This document shows positions 20,854 through 30,804 of a stretch of DNA of 64,000 nucleotides, in pieces. This DNA is from Thermodesulfobacteriota bacterium. Its GTDB lineage: Bacteria > Desulfobacterota_D > UBA1144 > Nemesobacterales > UBA2774. The translations under genes were made by a program, and so were the position numbers. The stretch lies in the NCBI GenBank assembly GCA_965223335.1, contig OZ244991.1, positions 288,001 to 352,000 on the forward strand, given 5' to 3'. The notes below the pieces were generated by a model. It did no database searches and was not told where the DNA came from. It worked only from the letters and a program-made list of their open reading frames with translations. Every line of letters starts with the position of its first letter. The stretch's first letter is position 1.

Positions 20854-21897
20854 ATGCACAGGCAAGTTGCAATCCTGCTCATAGCAATGTCGCTGTACAT
20901 CCCCATCTCAGCAATAGGCGCCCACGCACAACCCCAAAGCTGTTCAAACTCTTTATACCATGTGATAAGTGGAGATCTATTTACAGTAGATGCCACAGAC
21001 GGGACATACACACGACTGAATCCGGCAGATGATTATGGTTTTGTAAATGCGATAGGATACAACTCGTTTCCAAATTCACTCCAAAATTTAATCTGCGGGC
21101 GAGGAGATATGAATGATCCTGTCCACGGATTTTCACAAGGGGATTTAGTCTGTTATGACACAAACGGTGCTATGGTACACATTGCTACTCCCTCTAGCGG
21201 TCCTATACCTCGTTCAGTTGCAGGGGATTTTGATACCAGCGGTCATTTGTATATGTTAAGGCGTACTGGGGCAACAGAGGATTTAATAAGACTTGACACT
21301 AATGTTGACCCGCCTGTATGGACTATAATTGATTTTGCTATTGATCCCTCATGCCCGACTCCTGCATATTATTCATTGGGTGATATAGCGTATGTATTTG
21401 CCGATATAGACAATGACGGGCATAATGAAGAGCTTTTTGTAGGAGCAAGAATTCAAGAAGGTGGAACAAGACAAGTTCTAACCATATGGAATCTAAAATC
21501 TCAAACTGTCAGTTGTAAAGATTTTACCGGGATATTAAACCCCATGTCTGGTGGTAACTCAAGTTATGGTTTTGGGGCTGTGTATAGTGACAGCCAAGGC
21601 AGGTTATTACTCTCAAGGAATACAACAATTGACCCGACTAACGGTACCGGAGAGCTATATCTGGTAAGGAACTTTCTAGACCCCCTACCACAGGCAGAAT
21701 ATCTTTTTGACACCCAAAGAACAACTAACAACGATGGAGCTTATTGTGTATTAAGTTCTTTTTCTCCGTCGGTAACGGGCGAAGTCTCGCAAATACCTAC
21801 ACTCAGTGAGTGGGTATTAATATTGTTGTCGATCGCCTTTGGTGCGATATGTGTTTATTACCTAACAATCAGACAAAGAGGGCTTGGTACCACATAA
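20854..21897 (+). CDS. Secreted IPTL-CTERM protein (DUF6923-like beta-propeller), paralog 1
   Basis: Signal peptide; NAIGYN, FGAVY and NDGA motifs; C-terminal IPTLSEW + TM + basic tail. Confidence 0.8.
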   Translation: MHRQVAILLIAMSLYIPISAIGAHAQPQSCSNSLYHVISGDLFTVDATDGTYTRLNPADDYGFVNAIGYNSFPNSLQNLICGRGDMNDPVHGFSQGDLVCYDTNGAMVHIATPSSGPIPRSVAGDFDTSGHLYMLRRTGATEDLIRLDTNVDPPVWTIIDFAIDPSCPTPAYYSLGDIAYVFADIDNDGHNEELFVGARIQEGGTRQVLTIWNLKSQTVSCKDFTGILNPMSGGNSSYGFGAVYSDSQGRLLLSRNTTIDPTNGTGELYLVRNFLDPLPQAEYLFDTQRTTNNDGAYCVLSSFSPSVTGEVSQIPTLSEWVLILLSIAFGAICVYYLTIRQRGLGTT

Positions 21898-21914
21898 AGA
21901 AAGGAGTAATAGAA

Positions 21915-22952
21915 ATGCGCACACAAGTTGTAATCCTGTTCATAACAATGTTACTGTACATGCCCATCTCAGCAATAGGCGCCCAAGCACAACCCCAAAG
22001 CTGTTCAAATTCTTTATACCATGTGATAAGTGGAGATCTATTTACGGTCAATGCCAAGGACGGGATGTACACACGATTAAATCCGGCTGATGATTATGCT
22101 TTTATAAATGCGATAGGTTACAACTCGTTTCCAAATTCACTCCAAAATTTAATCTGCGGGAGAGCATATTCTAGTGATCCAGTACACGGTTTTACTGCAG
22201 GAGATTTTTTGTGTTATGACACTAACGGTGTTATTGTGAAGATCGTAACTCCTGCTAACGGTCCAATACCATTTTCGAATGCAGGGGACTTTGATGCTAG
22301 CGGCCATTTGTATATGAAAGATTCATTCAGTCCAATGGATTTAATAAGGCTCGACACCAATGTTGACCCTCCTGTATGGACAATCATCCCTTTTGGAGTC
22401 GATCCCTCATGTCCTGAGTTGAGTCGGATTGGCGATATTGCATATGTATCTACAGACATAGATCATGACGGAGTAGAAGAAGAACTTTTTCTATCAGCAA
22501 AACTTTCGGACGGGGGAGCAAGACAAGTAATACTAATATGGAATTTAGAAACTCAAGTTCTTAGTTGTAAAGATTTTACAGGGATCCTTGATCCCACGGC
22601 AGGTGAAGGCCCAAGTCTTGGTTTTGGAGCAGTTTATACTGATAATCAGGGCAGATTATTACTCTCAAGGAATACTACAATAGACGGTAGTAACGGTACT
22701 GGGCAACTATATCTTGTAAACAATTTCCGAGTACCGGTACCACAGGCGGAATTTCTATTTGATACAATAAGAACAACTCAAAATGATGGGGCCTTTTGTG
22801 TTTTAAACCCTTTTCCATTGGAACTTACAGGTCAGGCGCCCACACAAATCCCTACACTCAGTGAATGGGTATTATTAATTTTATCGATCGCATTCGGTGC
22901 GATATGTATTTATTACCTAAAAATCAGACAAAGAGGGTTTGGTACCACATAA
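21915..22952 (+). CDS. Secreted IPTL-CTERM protein, paralog 2
   Basis: Start moved to ATG 21915 (AAGGAG RBS, aligns with paralog 1); same motifs. Confidence 0.8.
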   Translation: MRTQVVILFITMLLYMPISAIGAQAQPQSCSNSLYHVISGDLFTVNAKDGMYTRLNPADDYAFINAIGYNSFPNSLQNLICGRAYSSDPVHGFTAGDFLCYDTNGVIVKIVTPANGPIPFSNAGDFDASGHLYMKDSFSPMDLIRLDTNVDPPVWTIIPFGVDPSCPELSRIGDIAYVSTDIDHDGVEEELFLSAKLSDGGARQVILIWNLETQVLSCKDFTGILDPTAGEGPSLGFGAVYTDNQGRLLLSRNTTIDGSNGTGQLYLVNNFRVPVPQAEFLFDTIRTTQNDGAFCVLNPFPLELTGQAPTQIPTLSEWVLLILSIAFGAICIYYLKIRQRGFGTT

Positions 22953-22969
22953 AGAAAGGAGGAATAGAA

Positions 22970-24028
22970 ATGTACACACAAGTTGTAATCCTGTTCATAA
23001 CAATGTTACTGTACATCCCCATCTCAGCAATAGGCGCCCACGCGCAACGCACTGGCTGTTCAAACTCTTTATACCATGTGATAAGTGGAGATCTATTTAC
23101 AGTAGATGCCACTGACGGGACATACACTCGACTGAATCCGGCAGATGATTACGGCCGTGTAAATGCTATAGGTTACAACTCGTTTCCAAATTCAGTACAA
23201 AATTTAATTTGCGGGCAAGCACGTGAGAGTGACCCTGTCCACGGATTTTCAGAAGGGGATTTTGTCTGTTATGACATTAACGGTGTTATTGTACATATTG
23301 CAACTCCCTCTAGCGGTCCAATACCTCGATCAAATGCAGCGGATTTTGATACAAGCGGTCATTTATACATGAGAACTCAGTCAGTGCCAAGAGAGGACTT
23401 AATAAGGCTCGACACCAATGTCAACCCGCCTGTATGGACTATAATAGATATTGCTGTTGACCCTTCATGTATTGATCCTGACGATGATTTGCGTGTTGCA
23501 GATTTAGGATACGTATCTACCGACATTGACCATGACGGGGTCGAGGAAGAACTTTTAGTGGGAGCACGACTTGCAGGCGGGGGGACAAGACAAATACTAG
23601 CGATATGGAATTTAGAGACTCAAGTTGCTAGCTGTAAAGAATTCACGGGGATATTGAACCCCATGTCTAGTGTTATCAATGCCAGTTTCACTTTTGGAGC
23701 CGTGTATAGTGATAATCAGGGCAGATTGTTAATCTCAAGGAATTCAACAATAGACGGTAATAACGGTACAGGGCAACTATATCTCATTAGAAACTTTCTA
23801 GACCCCCTGCCACAGGCGGAATTTCTATTTGATACAATAAGAACAATTCAAAATGATGGGGCCTTTTGTGTTTTAAACCCTTTTCCCTCGGAACTAACGG
23901 GAGATGTGCCCACACAAATCCAAATCCCTACCCTAAGTGAATGGGTATTAATATTGTTGTCGATCGCCTTTGGTGCGATATGCGTATATTACTTAAAAAC
24001 CAGACAAAGTGGGTTTGGAAGTACCTGA
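22970..24028 (+). CDS. Secreted IPTL-CTERM protein, paralog 3
   Basis: Start moved to ATG 22970 (AAGGAGG RBS); same motifs. Confidence 0.8.
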   Translation: MYTQVVILFITMLLYIPISAIGAHAQRTGCSNSLYHVISGDLFTVDATDGTYTRLNPADDYGRVNAIGYNSFPNSVQNLICGQARESDPVHGFSEGDFVCYDINGVIVHIATPSSGPIPRSNAADFDTSGHLYMRTQSVPREDLIRLDTNVNPPVWTIIDIAVDPSCIDPDDDLRVADLGYVSTDIDHDGVEEELLVGARLAGGGTRQILAIWNLETQVASCKEFTGILNPMSSVINASFTFGAVYSDNQGRLLISRNSTIDGNNGTGQLYLIRNFLDPLPQAEFLFDTIRTIQNDGAFCVLNPFPSELTGDVPTQIQIPTLSEWVLILLSIAFGAICVYYLKTRQSGFGST

Positions 24029-24071
24029 CCAACTGTTATAAATAAGTAATACGACCAATGGTTACAATATT

Positions 24072-24113
24072 ATAAACGGGATGCAAGCCCTAGTGAGCCT
24101 ACACCCCGTTTAT
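24072..24113. terminator. Hairpin between convergent genes
   Basis: ATAAACGGG...CCCGTTTAT inverted repeat. Confidence 0.5.
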
Positions 24114-24149
24114 GTTTCTAGATTCCAAGTGTCGGTATGGTCCGATTTA

Positions 24150-25646
24150 CTAAGGCTTACCTGAAATCCTGGGGTTAACGTACTTGGGATCCATACCCTT
24201 CTTTTTCATGGCTATGCCCGTGAGGAACTCGAGCATTATGCGCCGTGCAAGTCGTGCGGTCTGCTGACCCCTGTTGTCGTAGAATGGGTTGCACTCCACA
24301 ATATCAAACCCTACGAGTGTTTTTGTAGCCGCCAACTCGCGTAGTTGCGGAAAGAGTTCTCGCAGCGACATACCGGTCGGTGAGCTTGAGTCTGTGCCGG
24401 GTGCACACGACATATCAAAAACATCTATATCGAACGAGACATAGAGTAGGTCCACATCCTTAAGATCCTTGTAGATATTGTCAAACGTGACGTCCACACC
24501 GTCACGAAGGATCTCGTGCAGGTGATAAACATGTCCACCCTCGCTTAGGATTTGGTCATATAGATACTCGCCAAATACAGGTGTACTCATCCCGAACTGC
24601 ACCAAATGCTTACAGTCCAGCAGGTCCTCTTCCACGGCCATATTCATATAGCTTCCCGAGTGAAAGTAGGCTCCGAACTTACCAGTGCCGCGGTCTAGGT
24701 GGGCATCGAAATGGAGAAAGCCAACTCGTTTTTTGCCGGGTCCTGCTAAATCCGTGTAGGCGTCGAAATACACAAACACTACGTTCTTGGGCCCATAGTG
24801 GTCTACGACAGCCATAATCGTGGCAACCTGTGTACCGTGGTCACCACGTATAGCCATGGGTATGGCACCGGCATCTAGAATCTCTTTTAGTACCAACGCC
24901 TGATCGGCAAAGTTCTGATCCATAAGTGATGGATGTGGGTTGATCTTGGGCAAAAGCAAACGGGACAACGGCCAATACAAACAGCACAACTGAAAACAAA
25001 TTAAATACAGCTCTCGGTACTGGACCTTGGGTTCTTGCAAAAAATACAGGTCCTGCTCTTTTTCAACATAGGCCTTGATATCAGGATGTTTGCCCTTGCG
25101 GTTATTTTGATCGTAATTGTAAGTCAAAATGATTTCATCAATGTCTTCCTTAAACATATCAAACCTGCCTTCATACGAACCCCCAAACGACCACATCGGG
25201 GCATCAGGTTTATTCTCGACATACTCTTTAACCGATGCAAGCATCTTGGCTTTGTCCCCAATGTACTCGAGGTTGAGTGCCGACTTTATAGCCATAAGCA
25301 TTAAAGGATGTTCATGAGTACAGACTATGCCGGGCATCACAAACTTGCACTCTAGGTCAATGACTTTAGTATCAGGACCTATGTATGCTTTGGCCCCCTC
25401 ATCACCACCGACATAGGAAATATTTTTACTAGTAACTGCAACCGCCTTTGCCCATTCCTGCTTAGGGTTAACCGTATACACCTTACCGTTTGTGAACACA
25501 AAATTTGCCTTCACAACTTCAGGTTCTTCTGCCGTTATTGAAGCCTTATTCTCTACATTATTGTGCTTAATTTCTGTTCTTTCAGAGTGAACTTCTTTAC
25601 TATGAGAGCCAACTAACCCAAACGATGCAACTAACAATATAAACAC
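24150..25646 (-). pseudogene. Chimeric, decayed amidohydrolase (N-part) / agmatinase-arginase family (C-part)
   Basis: N-part NGKVYTVN...VIDL..KFVMPG..THEH is truncated. C-part has GDH, HFDAHLD and SFDIDVFD...APGT. The junction region is not protein-like in this frame. Confidence 0.65.
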
Positions 25647-26000
25647 TACAAAACGTGACCACAGATTATGTTTATGAACTGACCCCGTGTAACTTACCCC
25701 ACTATGGCTGGATAGTTAGATACTATTCTCAGTATAAATAATAATATTTAGCATACAAAACTCTAAATACAACTCATCATTACTATTACAATGCTGTAAC
25801 GTATAGTTCAATATATTATTAAAGTCAAATTAGGCATACAAATATCGTGCCTAAATCGGTTTTATCTCGGTTTTACTTTATTCGCTGTATAACTTTTCAC
25901 TCTTACTTCCGTTATCGAGAAACTCCTATTACACATTACTGAATATCTTCCTTTTTTGCTTACGTTTGTGGTTTTGCAGGGATTGGCTACTCTAACTATG

Positions 26001-26033
26001 AAAAGGGCCGGTGAGATCTCTCTCACCGGCCCT
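26001..26033 (-). terminator. Rho-independent terminator
   Basis: AGGGCCGGTGAGA/TCTCACCGGCCCT stem with a T tract on the minus strand, downstream of the 26090 gene. Confidence 0.75.
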
Positions 26034-26089
26034 CGTATCAAATTCAAAGAAGCAAAACTGGATGATAATCCATAACTTAAAACTAAGTC

Positions 26090-27121
26090 TTAGTTACACC
26101 CGGGTTCGTCGCACTCTCCAGGTGTCCACCACGAATCCATAGAACCTGTACCGTTTCCATTGTTAAGGCCCAAAAACCCTACAAAGAATACAGGTGACTG
26201 ACAAACACCCCCTACAGGGTCTTCATCAAAACAGCTGAACCTGTTTAGAGGCATAAACAACCACCCTACATCTACGCTGTCATTACAGATCCTGTTATTT
26301 TCGCCTTTGGAGTTCGGATGGAAGTTGTCTATACCCTTATCCAAAAGTCCAATGTCGCACGCAAATGTGGTCGGGCTACAAGACGTGGGGCTTTCGAATT
26401 GGTCAAATATATGTATCTGAGGGAAATCTTGGGTTACATCCCCTGTCACATCACCAAATGTTGCCTGTATTTGAGGGCTCGCGAGCACAGACCTCGGGTC
26501 AATGTCTCGATACACCATCCCCACCACATCCGAGAGGTTGGCCCCATCAACATCATTGAAATTGAGGTCAGCTATACTCCAGATATTGTTGCCTGGGTTC
26601 ACTCCTTCCCCAGCAGCATTTGTCCTATATTCAAAGCCAGCATCCTCATCGATAATTCTAAACATACCGATGAGAGGTGCAAATGGTCCCTCAGTTAAAG
26701 AAGCTACCCAAAGACCATAACCTTCGTCTAAGTCGGCATTAGGAGCTGAGAATCCAACACCTCCTAGACCGTCAGCATCGTTGTTGGATATCAGATTGCT
26801 CACATCATACACATGGGTATCGCCCGCTGTGTACATATCGTCGAAATTAGTTTCCTCGCATATCACTGCCGGTGACGCAACGTTAAATATTTGGATATGA
26901 ACGTTGACCTTTTCATTGGAAGTGTTTGTGAGCTGGATATAAGTTTGACGGGCCATACGTAGATCCCAGAAATTAACCAGTCTGTTAGCAGCTTGATCGG
27001 TCTGGTCAATTTCGTCAAAAGCACCGCCGAACGGCAATCCCGCCATTGAGATCGTAGGGATTATTAGAAGCAGCGCGACTAATAGAAAATGCTTGAATTT
27101 CCTGTATGCAGATGCTATCAC
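26090..27121 (-). CDS. Secreted acidic surface protein, paralog of 29513-30529
   Basis: Signal peptide, AAGGAGG RBS, and shared LVNFWDLRMARQT and GNGTGSMDSWWTP. Confidence 0.8.
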   Translation of the reverse strand: MIASAYRKFKHFLLVALLLIIPTISMAGLPFGGAFDEIDQTDQAANRLVNFWDLRMARQTYIQLTNTSNEKVNVHIQIFNVASPAVICEETNFDDMYTAGDTHVYDVSNLISNNDADGLGGVGFSAPNADLDEGYGLWVASLTEGPFAPLIGMFRIIDEDAGFEYRTNAAGEGVNPGNNIWSIADLNFNDVDGANLSDVVGMVYRDIDPRSVLASPQIQATFGDVTGDVTQDFPQIHIFDQFESPTSCSPTTFACDIGLLDKGIDNFHPNSKGENNRICNDSVDVGWLFMPLNRFSCFDEDPVGGVCQSPVFFVGFLGLNNGNGTGSMDSWWTPGECDEPGCN

Positions 27122-27305
27122 CTGAATCGCCTCCTTAAGATTTTGTGCAGATTTTATGCAGAACTTATGTTCAAAATTAATACAGAAATAATATCACGAT
27201 ATGAAAATTATTCAAGATATTCAAATACGATAATGAAATAGTTCTTTAATGTAATACCGTATTTACTTAACGATAAATCTATAGCCGCTAATTACCAATG
27301 ACCAC

Positions 27306-27336
27306 AAAAAAACGGCGGGAACTGAGCCCCCGCCGT
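27306..27336 (-). terminator. Rho-independent terminator
   Basis: ACGGCGGG/CCCGCCGT stem followed by a T tract on the minus strand. Confidence 0.7.
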
Positions 27337-27504
27337 AATTCAGAAGGAAGGACAGAATGACCGGGTTATACTCGACTATATCCCCGCCACTCATCCACGT
27401 CCATTTAAGGACTTGTCCATTGAATGGACTTTCATAACTTTTGTTTAATAACAGGTTAGGCGAGTAATTTCCTACCCTGTTACTTTGTATTTCTTATGTT
27501 AATG

Positions 27505-29439
27505 CTACTTCTTTCTGCGGAGCCTTCTTACCCCGAATACAAATGCTACCGGTACTAGTGGGATAAGTACGTTGGCTAGTCCGCTTCCAAGCTCTACTGG
27601 GCTTGCTGCTATTGCACAGCTTCCGCTCCCACTTCCGCTAGGCGGATTCGTAGGTGTAGAGGTCGGTCCCAGTGTAGGTGGTGTTGTCGGTGGCAGTGTC
27701 GGCCCTAGTGTCGGGGCTACTACAAAGTCCTGACTGGCCACTACTGCTTCGTCCACACCCAACCTTAAGAAGCACACTGGTACGTCGCCGCAGCTTGAGA
27801 AGTCCTCTGTGTCGTCCCATATGCCCACTGCGGTGTCTGTTGCAGCTGCTAATGCGCGGTATGGGGGACCGTAGTCGTCTATAAAGGAGATAAGCGCTAC
27901 GTCTCCACCTGCAGCACCTGTCTGTACATTAAACTGGCCTGCGAGGATTGTAGGATCGACTATATCCAGGAACGAGGTTATTCCATCTAATGGGGTTAAG
28001 CCCTCGAAACATTGGATCGGCTCTATGAAACGGAAGTTGTCTACTAAACCGCCAGAATTTGACGGTCCACCAATTGGACAAGGCCCTTCTCCAGTTGCAA
28101 CAACTTGAATCGCATAATCCCCAGCACCCGGTACAAATAGGTTTGTGTCTGTGTTAAACCCTGAATGCCCTAAGAATGTAAATGGACCTATAACATAGTT
28201 TGTGGCGTCTACAGGCAATGTCTGACATGGCTGCGATGCCTGGCCCGGGATATTTAGCATAGGTACTGCTAACGCCGCATCACTAAAACAAATACCGTCC
28301 TGTATAAAGTTTGTTCCTGTTGTGTTTATGAGCAACACAGCAAGTGCATATGGACATCCTTCTGTTGATGACAGGAGGGAGTAGTCAAATGATACATTTC
28401 CGGAAGCATCAGCTTCAAACTCTACTGACTCCAATATCGCTACATTGACACCATTCGGACCTAGAGGAAATGTGATCAGGTCTGGGATTGGTGCTAAGTA
28501 GCTGCCACCGTTATATGTGTCACTATTTATTTGTGAACTCTGTATTACATAGGTCATAAAATCATTGGCAGGGTCCGGGGGTGATGCCGGCGGTGCTGCC
28601 AAATTCGGGGATATCCCTGTGCGGTCTATTACACCGGTTGATGGACCAGGTGGTGCAATTACATTTATACTTCCCTGTCTTATAGCCCACGATGTAAGAT
28701 CACCAGTCTGGAAACTCCCGTTTAGGATTTTGTTTACTTCCCCGGCCTCATCGCAGAAAGCCTGACGGGCATACATGTTTACTCCATACATGTAGTCCTG
28801 AGAGTCTACGATAACCGTCTGACCTGTTAGGTAGTCATGCTCTATTGCCTGGTCAGGGTTGGGGCATCCGTTTACCGAGGTTACTACCAATATACCCTCT
28901 TTACCCTGTAGGTTCTCGTCGGCTATCGGTGCACCTGCGTTGCTTACCAAGTTGCCCAGGTCATACACATGAGTGTCTGCGGGAGTGTAAGCATCACAGA
29001 AGTTACGAATCTCTACACAGTTTGCATCCAGTATACGCACGTGGACGTTTATACTATCGTTTACATTTGAGTTTGTTACCTGCACAGATGTGTTACGGCT
29101 GTCTGCCTGTGTCCACCAGGTCACAAGCTGTGAGCCACTGTCTGTGGTAGGTGTGGGGTTGGCGTTAAAGTTTGGGAAAAATGGTGCAAAATCGTCGTTG
29201 TTATGCATCCAGTCCAAACCACCCACTGCAGAACCCGCAAAACCCTCTACCGTACCTATGAGGCCTGCGGTAAAGTCGGCCTGTGCGGGGTTTGGGATCT
29301 GTACCTCTAGCCAGCCTGTGTCGTTAGGGACAGCCGGACAGAAGAGGTTGTCTGTGCCAATCTGGCTCATGGCAGGGCTTACATATGCAAAGCCCACTAG
29401 CATGAGCAGTAATACTGCTGTTATGGATTTTTTAATCAT
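27505..29439 (-). CDS. Secreted surface protein with Pro/Thr linker and Cys-containing C-terminal sorting signal
   Basis: Start moved to ATG 29439 (AAGGAGG RBS, signal peptide). Shares QVTN...VHV.I...DTHVYD..NLVSN with its neighbours and ends in GSGSGSC + TM + RRLRRKK. Confidence 0.8.
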   Translation of the reverse strand: MIKKSITAVLLLMLVGFAYVSPAMSQIGTDNLFCPAVPNDTGWLEVQIPNPAQADFTAGLIGTVEGFAGSAVGGLDWMHNNDDFAPFFPNFNANPTPTTDSGSQLVTWWTQADSRNTSVQVTNSNVNDSINVHVRILDANCVEIRNFCDAYTPADTHVYDLGNLVSNAGAPIADENLQGKEGILVVTSVNGCPNPDQAIEHDYLTGQTVIVDSQDYMYGVNMYARQAFCDEAGEVNKILNGSFQTGDLTSWAIRQGSINVIAPPGPSTGVIDRTGISPNLAAPPASPPDPANDFMTYVIQSSQINSDTYNGGSYLAPIPDLITFPLGPNGVNVAILESVEFEADASGNVSFDYSLLSSTEGCPYALAVLLINTTGTNFIQDGICFSDAALAVPMLNIPGQASQPCQTLPVDATNYVIGPFTFLGHSGFNTDTNLFVPGAGDYAIQVVATGEGPCPIGGPSNSGGLVDNFRFIEPIQCFEGLTPLDGITSFLDIVDPTILAGQFNVQTGAAGGDVALISFIDDYGPPYRALAAATDTAVGIWDDTEDFSSCGDVPVCFLRLGVDEAVVASQDFVVAPTLGPTLPPTTPPTLGPTSTPTNPPSGSGSGSCAIAASPVELGSGLANVLIPLVPVAFVFGVRRLRRKK

Positions 29440-29512
29440 CCGTGTTTCCTCCTTAATTTTATTCGTCTTTTGTTTATTTATTTTCATTTGATATTTACGG
29501 TCCAACTATTAC

Positions 29513-30529
29513 CTAAAGTGGAGACTCATCGGCAAGGCTCGGCGTCCACCACGAATCCATTGAACCGGTGCCGTTGCCGTTGTTAAGCCCCAGGAAGCCT
29601 GTGAAGTAGAGACTGTTATTGGGGCAATTTCCTGTATTTGGATCTAAGTCAAGACAGGTATATCTCTGAAACGGCATGAACAGCCATCCTACGTCCACGC
29701 TGTCGTTACAAATTCTGTTTACTTCGCCCTTAGAGTTGGGGTGGAAGTTGTCTATGCCCTTGTCTAACAATGTGGGGGCACATGCGAATGTAGTCGGGCT
29801 GCAGGATGTGGGACTCTCGAATTCGTCGAAGATATGGATCTGAGGTGTGGGGTCTGTTACATCACCCGTTGCATCGCCGAATACAGCTTGGGTTAGAGAG
29901 TTGGCCACTACAGATGCACTATTTACCCTTCTGTAAACAAGTCCAACTACATCCGAGAGGTTGGCTCCGTCTACATTATTGAAGTTTAGATCGCCACGAG
30001 CCCATGTATTTTCAAAAGCGAAAAAATTTTCACCAGCTGCGTTGGTCCTATACTCGAAGTCACCGTCGCCGTCTATGATCCTAAACATCCCTATCAGGTC
30101 TTGAAATCCACTACTTTGCGATACAATAAATAACCCGTAACCCTCATCCAAATCAGCAGCTGGGGCAGAATTGCCTACAATGCCCAGCCCATCGGCATCG
30201 TTGTTGGATACTAAGTTGCTTAGGTCATATACGTGTGTGTCCCCAGGGGTGTACACATCGTTAAAATCAGTTTCTTCACACACAACTACAGGCGATGTGA
30301 CATTGAAAATCTGCACATGAACAAATGAACTAAAATTAGTAGTATTTGTAACCTGCACAAAAGTCTGGCGGGCCATACGTAGGTCCCAGAAGTTGACCAA
30401 AGCATTATCAGCCTGGTCCGTTTGGTCTATTATTGGGATTAGAATACCTGCCTTGGATACCGTCGGTATGGCAAGCATAACTGCTAATAATGTTAAACAA
30501 ATTACTCTTGATACAGTACTCTTAATCAT
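29513..30529 (-). CDS. Secreted acidic surface protein, paralog of 26090-27121
   Basis: Signal peptide, strong RBS, end-to-end similarity to the 26090 gene. Confidence 0.8.
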   Translation of the reverse strand: MIKSTVSRVICLTLLAVMLAIPTVSKAGILIPIIDQTDQADNALVNFWDLRMARQTFVQVTNTTNFSSFVHVQIFNVTSPVVVCEETDFNDVYTPGDTHVYDLSNLVSNNDADGLGIVGNSAPAADLDEGYGLFIVSQSSGFQDLIGMFRIIDGDGDFEYRTNAAGENFFAFENTWARGDLNFNNVDGANLSDVVGLVYRRVNSASVVANSLTQAVFGDATGDVTDPTPQIHIFDEFESPTSCSPTTFACAPTLLDKGIDNFHPNSKGEVNRICNDSVDVGWLFMPFQRYTCLDLDPNTGNCPNNSLYFTGFLGLNNGNGTGSMDSWWTPSLADESPL

Positions 30530-30759
30530 CCGTGTTTCCTCCTTACATGTTTTGAAATTAGTAATCTATTTAGATGCTATTTCTATTTTGTTTCTTGTAA
30601 CATAAAGAATTTAAGGGTCGCAAAAAAACTTAAATTGTATCTCTCGAAATCATTTTACCCCATAATTCACTAATTATGCAAGCATTTTTAGGCAAATACA
30701 TAAAAAAGATGGGAAATTGTGAGAAATTTTCTTTTTGGAATAGATTTCTGAGAAGAGAC

Positions 30760-30790
30760 GTACCGAGCTGGTAATTACCCAGCTCGGTAC
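30760..30790. terminator. Strong hairpin after MS-ICL gene
   Basis: GTACCGAGCTGG/CCAGCTCGGTAC 12-bp perfect stem. Confidence 0.65.
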
Positions 30791-30804
30791 TCTACGCTGA
30801 GATT

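Noticed and set aside
21810..22969. Longer N-termini given for IPTL paralogs 2 and 3 (starts 21810, 22865)
   Set aside because: They overlap the previous gene; RBS and paralog alignment support 21915 and 22970.
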